In this document: piece after piece, positions 1 to 10,118 of the stretch | Position numbering within the stretch: the first letter of the stretch is position 1 | How the letters are laid out: every line of letters starts with the position of its first letter | Assembly: GCA_949291395.1 (NCBI GenBank) | Contig: CASEVW010000117.1 | Location: 1 to 63,275, forward strand | DNA: 63,275 nucleotides | Direction of reading: 5' to 3' | Source: an uncultured Oscillospiraceae bacterium | GTDB taxonomy: Bacteria > Bacillota > Clostridia > Oscillospirales > Ruminococcaceae | Translations under genes and position numbers: made by a program | Notes under the pieces: generated by a model | What the model was told of the DNA's origin: nothing | The model's input: the letters and a program-made list of their open reading frames with translations, nothing else | Database searches by the model: none

Positions 1-226
1 AGGCGGGCTGGGGCTGGGGTGCAGGCACCCGGCCGCCGGGCACGTTGGCCTTGATGATGGCGGCCACCTTTTCCGGGCTGCCCAGCTCGGCGATCAGGTC
101 CTGCTCCCCTTCGGGGCCGGCCTCGTCAAAACATTCTTCGTAGTAGCGCAGCGCTTCCTGCCGCTCTTCCTCGGTCATATCCGCCAAAAGCAGATGCAGC
201 CGCCGCAAAAATTCCTGTTTTGTCAT
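1..226 (-). CDS. DUF1700/HAAS-family protein, N-terminal part (runs off window)
   Basis: ATG at 226 overlaps the PadR stop (ATGA); translates MTKQEFLRRLHLLLADMTEEERQEALRYYEECFDEAGPEGEQDLIAELGSPEKVA, typical of DUF1700 genes following padR. Confidence 0.8.
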   Translation of the reverse strand, partial: MTKQEFLRRLHLLLADMTEEERQEALRYYEECFDEAGPEGEQDLIAELGSPEKVAAIIKANVPGGRVPAPQPQPA

Positions 227-543
227 TCCTCATCGTCCCTTTCCAGCAGCATCGAATCGATCTGTTTTTTGTATTCCACCCATTCCTGCCGGTAGCGCTC
301 CAGCGCCTGGGCCCCCGCCGGGGTCAGGCAGTAATAGCGCCGGTTGCGCCCGGCGAACTCCTGGTCGTAGGTATCCAGGCAGCCTTCCTTTTGCAGGCGG
401 CGCAGCACCGGATAAAGGGTGCTCTCGCTCACCAGCATGATCTTGCGCACGTCCTGGGTGATGCGGTACCCGTAGGTGGGCTCTTTTGCCACCGTGCTGA
501 GCACCAGCGCATCCATCAGCGCAGCCCCCGTGTTGAACGCCAC
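223..543 (-). CDS. PadR family transcriptional regulator
   Basis: YGYRI...SESTLYPVLRRL...GRNRRYYCLT motif; GTG start at 543 after GGAGGTG RBS. Confidence 0.9.
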   Translation of the reverse strand: MAFNTGAALMDALVLSTVAKEPTYGYRITQDVRKIMLVSESTLYPVLRRLQKEGCLDTYDQEFAGRNRRYYCLTPAGAQALERYRQEWVEYKKQIDSMLLERDDEE

Positions 544-631
544 AGCGGCACCTCCTCCCTTATTTCTGATAATATTATATTCCGTATAATATAAAGAGTC
601 AATATAATATTGCAAATTTTTCAAAAAAGGC

Positions 632-677
632 AAAAAAAGCAGGCGCTCCCGGTGATCTTTCACCGGAGCGCCTGCTT
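632..677 (-). terminator. Intrinsic terminator after the gtrA-like gene
   Basis: AAGCAGGCGCTCC...GGAGCGCCTGCTT hairpin followed by a U-tract on the minus strand. Confidence 0.75.
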
Positions 678-678
678 G

Positions 679-1122
679 TTACTTTTTCTTTTTAAAGATG
701 ATGAGCTTGGAAAAGACGTAGTTGAACACGATCACCAGCACCTGGTCTACCAGTTTTACCGCCAAAAACCAAACGCCCTGCCATTCGGGGGGCACCACGG
801 CGGCGCCCAGCAGATCCACGCCCAGCCACATGATGGCCACATCCATCACCAAAGTGCCCAGGCGGCAGCCGATGAAGGAGATGAATTCCCGCACCGCATC
901 CATGCCGGTGCTGTGGCTGCGGAACACCCAGATGCGGTTGGTCACATAGGCGAACAAAATGCAGATCACGTTGTCCAGCAGGGTGTTCAGGGTGGTGGGC
1001 ATGCCCATCCACCGGAACACCAGCGCCAGCACGATGTTCAGCAGCGTTGCCAGCCCGCCGAAAAACAGATAGGCCAGCTGTTCGTAGTATTTTTCCACAA
1101 GCCCTTTCAGCTTGCCGATCAT
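679..1122 (-). CDS. GtrA family membrane protein
   Basis: YLFFGGLATLLN...AYVTNRIWVF...NYVFSKLIIF pattern, about 4 TM segments. Confidence 0.85.
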   Translation of the reverse strand: MIGKLKGLVEKYYEQLAYLFFGGLATLLNIVLALVFRWMGMPTTLNTLLDNVICILFAYVTNRIWVFRSHSTGMDAVREFISFIGCRLGTLVMDVAIMWLGVDLLGAAVVPPEWQGVWFLAVKLVDQVLVIVFNYVFSKLIIFKKKK

Positions 1123-1595
1123 TCCCCGATGACCTCAACGGTCTTCATCACCACAGGGGTCACAGGGCGGTCCTGAAAGCCGGTGGGGGTGTTGGCGATC
1201 TCGTCCACCACGTCCATGCCGCTGACCACCCGGCCAAAGGCAGCGTAGCCGCCGTCCAGGTGGGGAGCGTCCTGGTGCATGATGAAGAACTGGCTGCCGG
1301 CGGAATCCGGCGCCATGGAACGGGCCATGCTGATCACGCCCCGCTCATGCTTGATGGGGTTCTTCCAGCCGTTGCGGGCAAACTCACCCTTGATGTGCCA
1401 GCCGGGGCCGCCCATGCCGGTACCCTCCGGGTCGCCGCCCTGGATCATAAAGCCGGGGATGATGCGGTGGAAGGTCAGGCCGTCGTAAAAGCCGTCCTTG
1501 ACCAGCTTCAAAAAGTTCTCCACCGTGATGGGGGCCGCCTGGGCGTCCAGTTCCAGGTCGATGGTCTTGCCGTTTTCCATGGTGATGCGTACCAT
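1119..1595 (-). CDS. ppiB: Cyclophilin-type peptidyl-prolyl isomerase
   Basis: FYDGLTFHRIIPGFMIQGGDP, SAGSQFFI, HLDGGYAAFG motifs. Confidence 0.93.
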   Translation of the reverse strand: MVRITMENGKTIDLELDAQAAPITVENFLKLVKDGFYDGLTFHRIIPGFMIQGGDPEGTGMGGPGWHIKGEFARNGWKNPIKHERGVISMARSMAPDSAGSQFFIMHQDAPHLDGGYAAFGRVVSGMDVVDEIANTPTGFQDRPVTPVVMKTVEVIGE

Positions 1596-1762
1596 ACGTT
1601 TTCTCTCCTTGTTGTTTGTTGTTTCATAAAAAGGCGGGGACGGCCGCGCCGTCCCCGCGTGTTGGCCTTACAAGCTGCTTTGCAGCTGTCTGGCTTTCAT
1701 TTTATCACAGCATTCCCGCCGCCGCAAGCCGCTTATTTGCGGCCAGCGCCGGCCCCCGGCCT

Positions 1763-2356
1763 TTATTCCGCCTGGGCGGCCTGCTCGATGAGCTTTGCGC
1801 AGGTGTCGATGCCCAGCTTTGCGTCCAGGCACATATCGTAGTAACGGGCCTCGCCCCAGCGGTTCTGGGTGTAATAGTTGTAGTAGGACGCCCGGCGTTT
1901 GTCCTCCTTCTGGATGGCAATGTCCATCAGGCGGTCCTCGGTGCCGGGAGGGAAGTCCCCCGCGTCCAGGGCAAACTGCCGCCGGAAGTCCATGGAGGCG
2001 TGCAGGAAAACCTTCAGCACGTCATGGCGCTCCCGCAACACGTAATCCGCACAGCGGCCCACGATGACGCAGGGGCCCTTGCTGGCCAGGTCGGTGATGA
2101 TGCGGGACTGGATGATGAACACCTGGTCGTTCAACGGCAGATCGCCGCCCATGGTGTACAGGCTGTACAGCAGGCTGGCGGAATGGCGTTTTTCCACCGC
2201 CGCCACCGACTCCTCGGAAAGGCCGCTCTCCTTGGCCGCCAGGGTGATCAGCTCCTTGTCATAAAACGGGATGTTCAGATCTTCCGCCACCTTGCGGGCA
2301 ATGTCCAGGCCGCCGGTGCAGTGTTCCCGGCTGATGGTGATGATGTTGCGCTTCAT
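1763..2356 (-). CDS. Cytidylate kinase-like family protein
   Basis: IITISREHCTGG P-loop variant, CVIVGRCADYVL, DKRRASYY. Confidence 0.85.
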   Translation of the reverse strand: MKRNIITISREHCTGGLDIARKVAEDLNIPFYDKELITLAAKESGLSEESVAAVEKRHSASLLYSLYTMGGDLPLNDQVFIIQSRIITDLASKGPCVIVGRCADYVLRERHDVLKVFLHASMDFRRQFALDAGDFPPGTEDRLMDIAIQKEDKRRASYYNYYTQNRWGEARYYDMCLDAKLGIDTCAKLIEQAAQAE

Positions 2357-2468
2357 ACGATTGACCCCCTTTTTTGGATCGTTTTGCCGCCGGCGCGCAG
2401 GGCTCTGCGCCCGGTGTGTATCTTCAAAAGCGGCAGAAGCTGCCGCGCTTGCCCTGTGTGGGCGGCCC

Positions 2469-3809
2469 TCAGCCGCCGGTGTTCACCTCGCCCACCCAGC
2501 CGCTGCCGGTGGTGTCGATGGCATACACGGTGATCTTGTTTGCCTCGCCAAACAGCTCGGGAGGCAGCTGCACGGCCCCCTGGGCGGTGCGTTTCAGATA
2601 CCGGAATGCCTTGTGGGCGGTGGTGGCATGGGCCACGCCGTCCTTCACGGTGCAGGCCAGGGTGCCGGTAAAGTCCTCCGGCAGGGGCATATCCTGGCCC
2701 TCCGCCGTCTGGAACATATAGCAGCCCAGCTGTTCCAGCGCCCGCAGCGCCGCATGCCGCCGCACCGGGCAGCCCCGGTCCTGGCCTTTGTGCTTACCGG
2801 TGACCACCACCGCCTCGCCGGTGTAGGCCGCCCAGAAATCCTCGGCCGGGTAGCGGTGTTCGGCGGCCTGGTCGGTGGGAGCCAGGCTGTCGTTCACCAG
2901 CACATACACCTGGCCGTTTTCCAGTTCAAACCCCCGCAGCGCCATGCACTGCTCCTCACCGGTGCGGAAGGCCCCGGGCAGCAGCGGCACCCCTTTGGCG
3001 GAGGCGTCCTCCGGGGTGGCGGCGTAGTGCATCCGCAGCCCCAGGGAAGCCCCGTCCTTGATGTGCTGCCACACCGCCTGTGGATCCAGATAGGCCCGGT
3101 AAGCATGGTAGCCAAAGGCCCCCGCCAGGGCGGTCAAAAAGCCGTAGTTGAAGCAGTCGCCGGTGTCATTGTCGTACATGGCCCAGGCCAGCTCTTCCGG
3201 AAAAGCGTCCTGGCCCCAGCGGTTGATCATGCTGGCCAGGGACACCGGGGCGCTCATGCTGGAGGCAAAGAAGGGGTCCCGCACCAGCTGGCTGTAAGCG
3301 GGCAGCCGCAGTTCCCGGCCATAGGGCTGGGCGGCCTCCTGCCGCCAGTCCACCGGGCGGACGCTGGCTGCCAGCAGCCGCACCAGCGGGGTGAGCTGCT
3401 CGTCGTTGGTATACAGATAGATCCGCAGCTGGGCCAGGCTTGCCCGCCCCGCCGGGATGTGGATGGTGTCTCCCTGGATGTAGGCGGGCTTTGCCGCCTC
3501 CTGGTGCAGGCTTGCCCGCTGGATGTGGGGGCTCCATTTGCCAAAGCTCAGCCAGCCAGTCCACTCGCCGTCCACCATGACCCGGGCCTGGGCTTCCACC
3601 ACGGTGCCCTTGAGGGTCTCGGCGTTCCAGCTCACGGTCAGCTGCCGAAAGGCGGGAAAGCGGATCTCCGGCGAGGTAAAGCAGCCGTACAGCACATACC
3701 GCCCGCCGGACTGCTCCAGGCAGACGGCGTTTTCGGTCAGGGCAACATTGTCCAGCCCGCCCTTGGTAAAGGCGTCGGTGCCGCTCATCAGATACAGGTT
3801 TTTCAGCAT
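2469..3809 (-). CDS. Peptidase C39-like domain protein, catalytic residues apparently substituted
   Basis: YSQ...SAPVSLASMINRWG, MYD, LRGF...VNDS layout of C39-like proteins; start chosen at MLKNLY after an AAAGGA RBS. Confidence 0.65.
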   Translation of the reverse strand: MLKNLYLMSGTDAFTKGGLDNVALTENAVCLEQSGGRYVLYGCFTSPEIRFPAFRQLTVSWNAETLKGTVVEAQARVMVDGEWTGWLSFGKWSPHIQRASLHQEAAKPAYIQGDTIHIPAGRASLAQLRIYLYTNDEQLTPLVRLLAASVRPVDWRQEAAQPYGRELRLPAYSQLVRDPFFASSMSAPVSLASMINRWGQDAFPEELAWAMYDNDTGDCFNYGFLTALAGAFGYHAYRAYLDPQAVWQHIKDGASLGLRMHYAATPEDASAKGVPLLPGAFRTGEEQCMALRGFELENGQVYVLVNDSLAPTDQAAEHRYPAEDFWAAYTGEAVVVTGKHKGQDRGCPVRRHAALRALEQLGCYMFQTAEGQDMPLPEDFTGTLACTVKDGVAHATTAHKAFRYLKRTAQGAVQLPPELFGEANKITVYAIDTTGSGWVGEVNTGG

Positions 3810-3988
3810 AAGGGAGTTCCTTTCCGGCAAGGCGCGGGCAGCCCGCGCTGGGATTTGTTTGTTCACCTTTATGGTATCCTTTTGGGTGCGTTCTGTCAAG
3901 CAAAACCCATGTTTTTTGCATGTTATTTGTACATATTGCACGGTTTTGCGCCGGCGCCTCCCGTCATTTTCCGCCGCACATAAAACGC

Positions 3989-4029
3989 AAAAACGATTCC
4001 TGACCAAACGCCTGGTCAGGAATCGTTTT
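3989..4029. terminator. Hairpin terminator between the DUF2185 and C39-like genes
   Basis: AAAACGATTCCTGACCA...TGGTCAGGAATCGTTTT inverted repeat. Confidence 0.7.
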
Positions 4030-4046
4030 CTTTTCTGTCGATCCTG

Positions 4047-5183
4047 TCAGCCCCGCACTTTCTGCCAGCTGCCGTCTGCCGCGCGGCGGTAGGCCGTGCC
4101 GTAGGGGGCGTTCAGCAGCGCCAGGATGGAGGCGTCGTAGTTGCATACGGTGTTCAGATGGAAAAAGTCGAAATGGGTGGCGTCCGCAAGGTAGGCGTCG
4201 TCCTCGTCGCCGGAAAAGATGCGCCAGCCGCTGTCCGGCCCATTGGGGTCCAGGGGCGCTTCCCGGTACAGATAGCCCGCCGGGCAGCCGTCCACCGTGA
4301 TCCGGTCGCTGGCGATGCAGGCGGCCTTGTCGCCGCCCTCGTAGCCGGTGAGCACCATGCGGATGTCCGCCGGGCCCAGCTTGTACTGCTTGGGCGGGCG
4401 CTTGTACCACCGGCGGCCCCGCCACAGGCCCCGCCGGGTGAGCAGCTGCTCCAGCAAATGGCAGTTCAGCTCCACATACCGGCGCATCTCCTCCTTGTCC
4501 ACGTTGCCGTCCTCGGCCATCTGGCCCCGGAACATATCGTAGCAGGCACCGCACAGGTAACCCGCCGCGTATTCCAGCCAGCTGTCGTACCGGTCGCTGG
4601 CGGCCTGGGCCAGGGGGCGGGCCTTTTCCCAGAACTGCTCCTCGGTGATGATGCCCGCCGCGCAGGCGGTGCGCCACAGGCCCAGCCGCTCGGCGCAGTC
4701 AAAGGCAAAAAAGCCTTTGCGCCCGGCAATGGGGGCCAGCAGCTCGGCAAAATCCTTACAGGCGGCAAACAGGAACCGGCCCCGCTCGTCCAGGGTGTTC
4801 ACGTCAAAGCAGGGGTGGCCTTTCCAGAAGGTGCGGAACTGGCTGTACTCGTTCTGGGTGTTGTACTCCCGGTCCATAAAGGCGGCCAGGCCGGCCTCGT
4901 CGTCCGCCCCGTAGAGCTTGCGGCAGTGCTTTTTCACCTGGTCCGCGTCGCCGCCGTCCCGCTGGCAGCGGTACAGGTAATCGTAGCCCATGGCCTCCGA
5001 GATGCCGGGCACCTTGCGCAGCCCCGCCACGCCGCTGAGCAGCAGGGTGAACTGCTTTTCCTCGCAGGGGGCCTCCTCCCCTTTTTCCAAGGCCTTCATC
5101 CGGTCCAGAAATTCCAGCAGCGCCCCCGCCAGGTCGTAGCTCTCCTGGGGTTTGGGCCGCCGTTTGTGATTGAATACGTTCAT
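4047..5183 (-). CDS. DUF1266-like + DUF2185 (Imm33-like) domain protein
   Basis: C-terminal CIASDRITVDG..GYLYRE...DSGWRIFSGDEDDAY...NTVCNYD; middle AFD..R..YDSW.EYAAGYL.G. Confidence 0.7.
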   Translation of the reverse strand: MNVFNHKRRPKPQESYDLAGALLEFLDRMKALEKGEEAPCEEKQFTLLLSGVAGLRKVPGISEAMGYDYLYRCQRDGGDADQVKKHCRKLYGADDEAGLAAFMDREYNTQNEYSQFRTFWKGHPCFDVNTLDERGRFLFAACKDFAELLAPIAGRKGFFAFDCAERLGLWRTACAAGIITEEQFWEKARPLAQAASDRYDSWLEYAAGYLCGACYDMFRGQMAEDGNVDKEEMRRYVELNCHLLEQLLTRRGLWRGRRWYKRPPKQYKLGPADIRMVLTGYEGGDKAACIASDRITVDGCPAGYLYREAPLDPNGPDSGWRIFSGDEDDAYLADATHFDFFHLNTVCNYDASILALLNAPYGTAYRRAADGSWQKVRG

Positions 5184-5194
5184 CAGTTTGCTCC

Positions 5195-6550
5195 TTATGC
5201 CTTATATTTGGTCTTCCATCCGCCGCTTGCAAAACGTGTCACAAAGAACAGGGTGCGGCAGGCCCAGTCGATGATCATGGCGATCCACACGCCCAGCGCG
5301 CCCAGCCCGAAGCCGATACCCAGCACATAGCTGAAGCCCAGCCGCCAGATCAGCATGCTGGCGGCGCTGACCACCATGGTGAAGCGCACGTCGTTGGCGG
5401 CCCGCAGGGCGTTGGGCAGCACAAAGGAGGCCGGCCACAGCACCAGGCCGCACAAACAGTGGATGGTCACCAGCAGCCGGGCCAGGCTGTAGGTCTCGGC
5501 GGAGATGCTGTAAAGCCCCAGCAGCAGCGGCAAAGCCGCCACCACCGCCAGGTTCAAAATGCCGTCCACCAGGTAGGCCAGCCCCACCAGCTTTTTGGTG
5601 TAGTGCACGGCGGCCTTTTGATCCAGCGCGCCGACGCACTGGCCCACCACCGTGACCAGCCCCAGGCCGATGGCCTGCCCTGGGATGCAGCCGATGCTGT
5701 CCAGGTTGTTGGCCACCGCGTTGGCCGAGATCTGGGCGGTGCCAAAGCCCGCAATGATGCTCACCACCAGCACCCGGCCCAGCTGGAACAGGCTGTTCTC
5801 AAAGGCCGAGGGGATGCCGATGTTCAAGATGCGCAGCGCCATCTGCCCCTGCATCCGCAGGCAGGCCGCCGGTCTTACCTGGATGGGGTTGTGCCCGTCC
5901 GCCGCCCGCCACAGGATCAGCACGGCGGCCACGGCACGGCTCACCAGCGAGGGCACCGCCACACCGGCCACCCCCATGTGCAGCCCGAACACACAAATGG
6001 CGTTGCCCGCCACGTTGATGCAGTTCATCAAAATGCTCACTTCCATGCTGATGCGGCTGTTGCCCATGCTGCGGAACAGCGCCGCCCCGGCATTGTACAG
6101 CGCCAGGAAGGGGTAAGAAAAGGCCGAGATGCGCAGATAGATCAGGGCCGCGTCCATCACATCCGGCTCGATGCTGCCGAACAGCAGCCCCAGCAGCGGC
6201 CGGGCCAGGGCAAGGGCCAGCAGCATGATGCCCACCCCGGCGATGGCCGCCAGATTGAACAGCTGGGCCGCGCTTTTCTGGGCGTTGTGTTTGTCTTTTG
6301 CCCCCAAAAACTGGCTGATGACCACCGCGCCGCCGGTAGCCAGCGCCGCAAAGATGTTGATGATGAGCACATTGAGCATGTCCACCAGGGACACGCCCGA
6401 AATGGCCGCCTCGCCCGCATAGGACACCATCATGGTGTCCGCCATGCCCACCGTTACCGCCAGGAACTGCTCCACCACCAGCGGCAGCAGCAGCCGCGCC
6501 AGATCCCGGCGGCTGAACGAAATTTTAAATCCTTGTTCCACTGCCTGCAA
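5195..6550 (-). CDS. MATE family efflux transporter
   Basis: DTMMVS..GEAAISGVSL, RSMGNS, LRAANDVRF; two-repeat 12-TM architecture. Confidence 0.92.
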   Translation of the reverse strand: MQAVEQGFKISFSRRDLARLLLPLVVEQFLAVTVGMADTMMVSYAGEAAISGVSLVDMLNVLIINIFAALATGGAVVISQFLGAKDKHNAQKSAAQLFNLAAIAGVGIMLLALALARPLLGLLFGSIEPDVMDAALIYLRISAFSYPFLALYNAGAALFRSMGNSRISMEVSILMNCINVAGNAICVFGLHMGVAGVAVPSLVSRAVAAVLILWRAADGHNPIQVRPAACLRMQGQMALRILNIGIPSAFENSLFQLGRVLVVSIIAGFGTAQISANAVANNLDSIGCIPGQAIGLGLVTVVGQCVGALDQKAAVHYTKKLVGLAYLVDGILNLAVVAALPLLLGLYSISAETYSLARLLVTIHCLCGLVLWPASFVLPNALRAANDVRFTMVVSAASMLIWRLGFSYVLGIGFGLGALGVWIAMIIDWACRTLFFVTRFASGGWKTKYKA

Positions 6551-6800
6551 AACGATCTCCTCCCCTTGGGCGCCGCCGCCCGTTTTGATGCCTTATTTTG
6601 ATACCTTATCATATTGTAGGCGCGTTAGGGCACGATTGCAAGTGCCGCCGGGCCAGCCGTTTTTTTCTGCGGTGTTGCCAGGCGGTTTTATTTTTTGGAT
6701 TCCCGGACCATTCCCATTGCTTTTTACCCGTTTCCTGCTATACTGATAATATATCCTATTTTTGACCGGTTTTATCACAAAAATAAAGGAGAGTTTGTTT

Positions 6801-7727
6801 ATGGATATTCGTTTTTTCCACAGCCTTTCTTACGGCGTGTACATCGTGACCAGCATGGAGGGCGATAAGCCGGTGGGCTGCACCGCCAACAGCGCCATGC
6901 AGATCACCGCCGAGCCGGCCGCCATCGCGGTGAGCGTCAACCGGGACAACTACACCCACAAGGTCATCCAGGACAGCGGCTTTTTTGCGGTGAACGTGCT
7001 CAGCGAAGCCAGCGACCCGGGCCTCATCGGCGGGTTCGGTTTCCGCTCCTGCCGGGAGGTGGACAAGTTCGCCGGTGTTCCCTGGCACAAGGAACAGGGC
7101 ATGCCGGTGCTGGAGGGGGCCAAAAGCTGGTGCGTCTGCCAGGTGACCAGCCAGCTGGAGACCGAGACCCACACCGTGTTCCTGGGCAAGGTGATGGATG
7201 CCGGCGTGTTTGACGCCGCCGCCCCCTCCATGACCTACGCCTATTATCACAACGTGATCAAGGGCACCAGCCCCAAGACCGCCCCCACCTATGTGGATCC
7301 GGCGGAGGTGGCCGCCCTGCCCGTGACCAAGACCCAGTGGGTCTGCACCGTGTGCGGCTACATCTACGAGGGCGACAAGCTGCCCGACGGCTTCACCTGC
7401 CCCCTGTGCGGCGTGGGCCCGGAATTTTTTGAGAAACGCAGCGTGGAAGTGCCCGCCGACGAGGCAAAGCCCGTTTCCATCAACGGCGTGAGCTGGCTGT
7501 GCACCGTATGCGGCTACATCTACGAGGGCGACGAACTGCCGGAAGGCTTCACCTGCCCGTTGTGCGGCGTTGGGGCGCAGTTCTTCAAAAAACAGCAGGC
7601 CGATACCGACGCGAACACCCAGTGGGTGTGCACCGTGTGCGGCTATGTGTACGAGGGCGCCAGCTTGCCCGAGGGTTTCACCTGCCCCCTGTGCGGCGTA
7701 GGCCCTGCGGACTTCCAAAAGCGCTGA
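6801..7727 (+). CDS. Flavin reductase fused to three rubredoxin-like domains
   Basis: LSYGVYIVTS..GCTANS..THTVFLG flavin-reductase domain followed by 3x WxCTVCGYxYEG-x-CPLCGVG; ATG at 6801 after AAGGAG. Confidence 0.88.
   Translation: MDIRFFHSLSYGVYIVTSMEGDKPVGCTANSAMQITAEPAAIAVSVNRDNYTHKVIQDSGFFAVNVLSEASDPGLIGGFGFRSCREVDKFAGVPWHKEQGMPVLEGAKSWCVCQVTSQLETETHTVFLGKVMDAGVFDAAAPSMTYAYYHNVIKGTSPKTAPTYVDPAEVAALPVTKTQWVCTVCGYIYEGDKLPDGFTCPLCGVGPEFFEKRSVEVPADEAKPVSINGVSWLCTVCGYIYEGDELPEGFTCPLCGVGAQFFKKQQADTDANTQWVCTVCGYVYEGASLPEGFTCPLCGVGPADFQKR
7338..7706 (+). repeat. Three near-identical ~81-bp rubredoxin-coding repeats
   Basis: Copies start at 7338, 7494 and 7623 (TGGnTnTGCACCGTnTGCGGCTA...TTCACCTGCCC). 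Confidence 0.85.
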
Positions 7728-7755
7728 TCGCCCGCCCATCCTTTTATCTGCAAAC

Positions 7756-7800
7756 AGGCCAAGGCCCCCGGAGGAATGGTTCCGCCGGGGGCCTTGGCCT
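7756..7800. terminator. Bidirectional terminator between convergent genes
   Basis: AGGCCAAGGCCCCCGG...CCGGGGGCCTTGGCCT inverted repeat. Confidence 0.75.
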
Positions 7801-7831
7801 TGTGTGTATGACGAAAGGATCGGAAAAGGCG

Positions 7832-8485
7832 TTAGGAATTGACCAGCTGGCCGTTCACGATGTACAGCACCCACTCGGCCAGGTTGGTGGAGTGGTCGCT
7901 CATGCGCTCCAGATACTTGGCGATCATCACCTGATCCACCCGCTGGCGCACCTGCTCAGGATGCTTCTGCATCTCCTCGCACAGCTGGTCCACCACCTGC
8001 AAAAAGTAGTCGTCCTGCAGATCGTCCTGGGCGATCACGCTTTTGGCCTGCTCCTCGTTCAGATCCACAAAGGCGGCCACGGTGCTCTTCACCATGGATT
8101 TCATCAGGCAGAACATCTTTTCCATGGGGGCGGGCAGGTCCACCGGCTCTCGCTGGGCCAGCTGGATCACATGCTCGGAGATATCGCTGCAATGGTCGGC
8201 GATCCGCTCCAGGTCGGAGATCATCCGCATGATGGAGGAGATGCGCCGCCAGTCGCCGGCCACGGGGGTCTGGGTGAGCACCAGGTCCAGGCAGGACTGC
8301 TCGATGTTGCGCTCCATCTGGTCGATGGCGTCGTCGCCCTCGATGATGGCCTGGGCGGCCTTCACGTCCCGCTTTTGCAGGGCCTTCCAGGTCTGGTCGA
8401 TGGAGGCCTCGATGCTCAGGCCCATCTGCTGCACCGCATCGTACAGACGCTGCAGCTCGTTTGTGTAATTGATTCGTGTTGTCAT
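7832..8485 (-). CDS. phoU: Phosphate signalling protein PhoU
   Basis: DLERIADH and YLERMSDH repeats; last gene of the pst operon. Confidence 0.95.
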   Translation of the reverse strand: MTTRINYTNELQRLYDAVQQMGLSIEASIDQTWKALQKRDVKAAQAIIEGDDAIDQMERNIEQSCLDLVLTQTPVAGDWRRISSIMRMISDLERIADHCSDISEHVIQLAQREPVDLPAPMEKMFCLMKSMVKSTVAAFVDLNEEQAKSVIAQDDLQDDYFLQVVDQLCEEMQKHPEQVRQRVDQVMIAKYLERMSDHSTNLAEWVLYIVNGQLVNS

Positions 8486-8502
8486 GCTTGATCAGCCTCC
8501 CA

Positions 8503-9261
8503 TCAGCCGAAGCGGCCGGTGATGTATTCTTCCGTTTTGGGGTCTTTGGGGTTTGCAAACAGCTCCTTGGTGGGGCCGTACTCGATCAGGCTGCCCAGCA
8601 GGAAAAAGGCGGTCTGGTCCGAGATACGGGCCGCCTGCTGCATGTTATGGGTCACGATGACCACGGTGTAGTCCTTTTTCAGTTCGTCCATCAGGTCCTC
8701 GATGCGCAGGGTGCTGCCGGGATCCAGGGCGCTGGTGGGTTCGTCCATCAGCAGCACGTCCGGCTGCACGGCCAGGGCACGGGCGATGCACAGACGCTGC
8801 TGCTGGCCGCCGGAAAGGCCCAGCGCGCTCTTTTTCAGCCGGTCCTTCACCTCGTCCCAGATGGCCGCGCCCCGCAGGCTCTTCTCCACCAGCTCGTCCA
8901 GCTCTTTTTTGCTGTGGTTTCCGTGCAGGCGGGGGCCGTAGGCCACGTTGTCATAGATGCTCATGGGGAACGGGTTGGGCTTCTGGAACACCATGCCGAT
9001 GCGGCGGCGCAGGTCGGTCACGTCCACGTCCTTTTCCAGGATGTTCTTGCCGTGGAACAGCGCCTCGCCGGTGATGCGCACGTTGGGCACCAGGTCGTTC
9101 ATCCGGTTCAGGGTCTTCAAAAAGGTGGACTTGCCGCAGCCGGAGGGCCCGATCAGGGCAGTGATCTGCTTTTCGGGGATGTCCATGGTGATGCCCTTCA
9201 GGGCCTCGGTCTCGCCGTAATAAAGATGCAGGTCCTTTGCCTGCAGGATCATTTCACTCAT
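8503..9261 (-). CDS. pstB: Phosphate ABC transporter ATPase
   Basis: [41 protein letters not shown]. Confidence 0.97.
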   Translation of the reverse strand: MSEMILQAKDLHLYYGETEALKGITMDIPEKQITALIGPSGCGKSTFLKTLNRMNDLVPNVRITGEALFHGKNILEKDVDVTDLRRRIGMVFQKPNPFPMSIYDNVAYGPRLHGNHSKKELDELVEKSLRGAAIWDEVKDRLKKSALGLSGGQQQRLCIARALAVQPDVLLMDEPTSALDPGSTLRIEDLMDELKKDYTVVIVTHNMQQAARISDQTAFFLLGSLIEYGPTKELFANPKDPKTEEYITGRFG

Positions 9262-10118
9262 TTTGCCTGCTCCTTACCATTCAGTGTTTTCTGTACCAGA
9301 CGGGTGGCCATGTTGATGAGGAATACCAGGATCAACAGGATGGCCGCGATGGCGAAGGCCACCTCGAACTCGCCTCGCTCGGAGGCGTAGATGTAAAGGG
9401 CCACCGACAGGGTGCCGCCGCCCCGGCTGTAGGCCTCCAGGATGTTGGAAGCGATGATGGTGGCGGAACCGGCGGTGAACAGCAGCGCCGCGCTTTCGCC
9501 CACGATGCGGCCGATGGCCAGGATGCAGCCGGTGATGATGCCGGAAATGGAAGAGGGCAGCACGATGGTGCGGATCATGTACCACTTGGTGGCGCCCAGG
9601 CCCAGCGCGCCCTCCCGGTAGCCGGCGGGCACGGTCTTCAGGCTTTCCTGGGTGGTGCGGATGATGGTGGGCAGGGTCATGATCACAAGGGTCAGACTGC
9701 CGGACAGCAGGCTGGTGCCAAAGCCCAGCACCTGCACGAACACCAGCATGCCCACCAGGCCGTAGATGATGCTGGGGATGCCGGCCAGGGTCTCGGTGGT
9801 GAACTCCACCACGGCGATGAACCGCTTGCTGGTGGCGTATTCGGTCAGGTACACCGCCGCGCCCACGCCCAGGGGCAGGGCGATGACCAGGGTCAGCAGG
9901 ATGACGTACAGAGTGTTCAGCAGGTTGGGCAAAATGCCGATGGTGTCACGGATGATGCTGGGCTTTGTGGACAGCAGCTGCCAGGTGATGTTGGGCAGGC
10001 CCCGCACAAAGATGTAGCCCAGCAGGGCCACCAGGATGGCCACGGTGCAAAAAGCGCAGCCATACACCAGCACCTTCAGCAGGTTTTCTTTGAATTTGCG
10101 TTTTTGAGAATGGCTCAC
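9258..10118 (-). CDS. pstA: Phosphate ABC transporter permease
   Basis: [26 protein letters not shown]. Confidence 0.95.
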   Translation of the reverse strand: MSHSQKRKFKENLLKVLVYGCAFCTVAILVALLGYIFVRGLPNITWQLLSTKPSIIRDTIGILPNLLNTLYVILLTLVIALPLGVGAAVYLTEYATSKRFIAVVEFTTETLAGIPSIIYGLVGMLVFVQVLGFGTSLLSGSLTLVIMTLPTIIRTTQESLKTVPAGYREGALGLGATKWYMIRTIVLPSSISGIITGCILAIGRIVGESAALLFTAGSATIIASNILEAYSRGGGTLSVALYIYASERGEFEVAFAIAAILLILVFLINMATRLVQKTLNGKEQAK

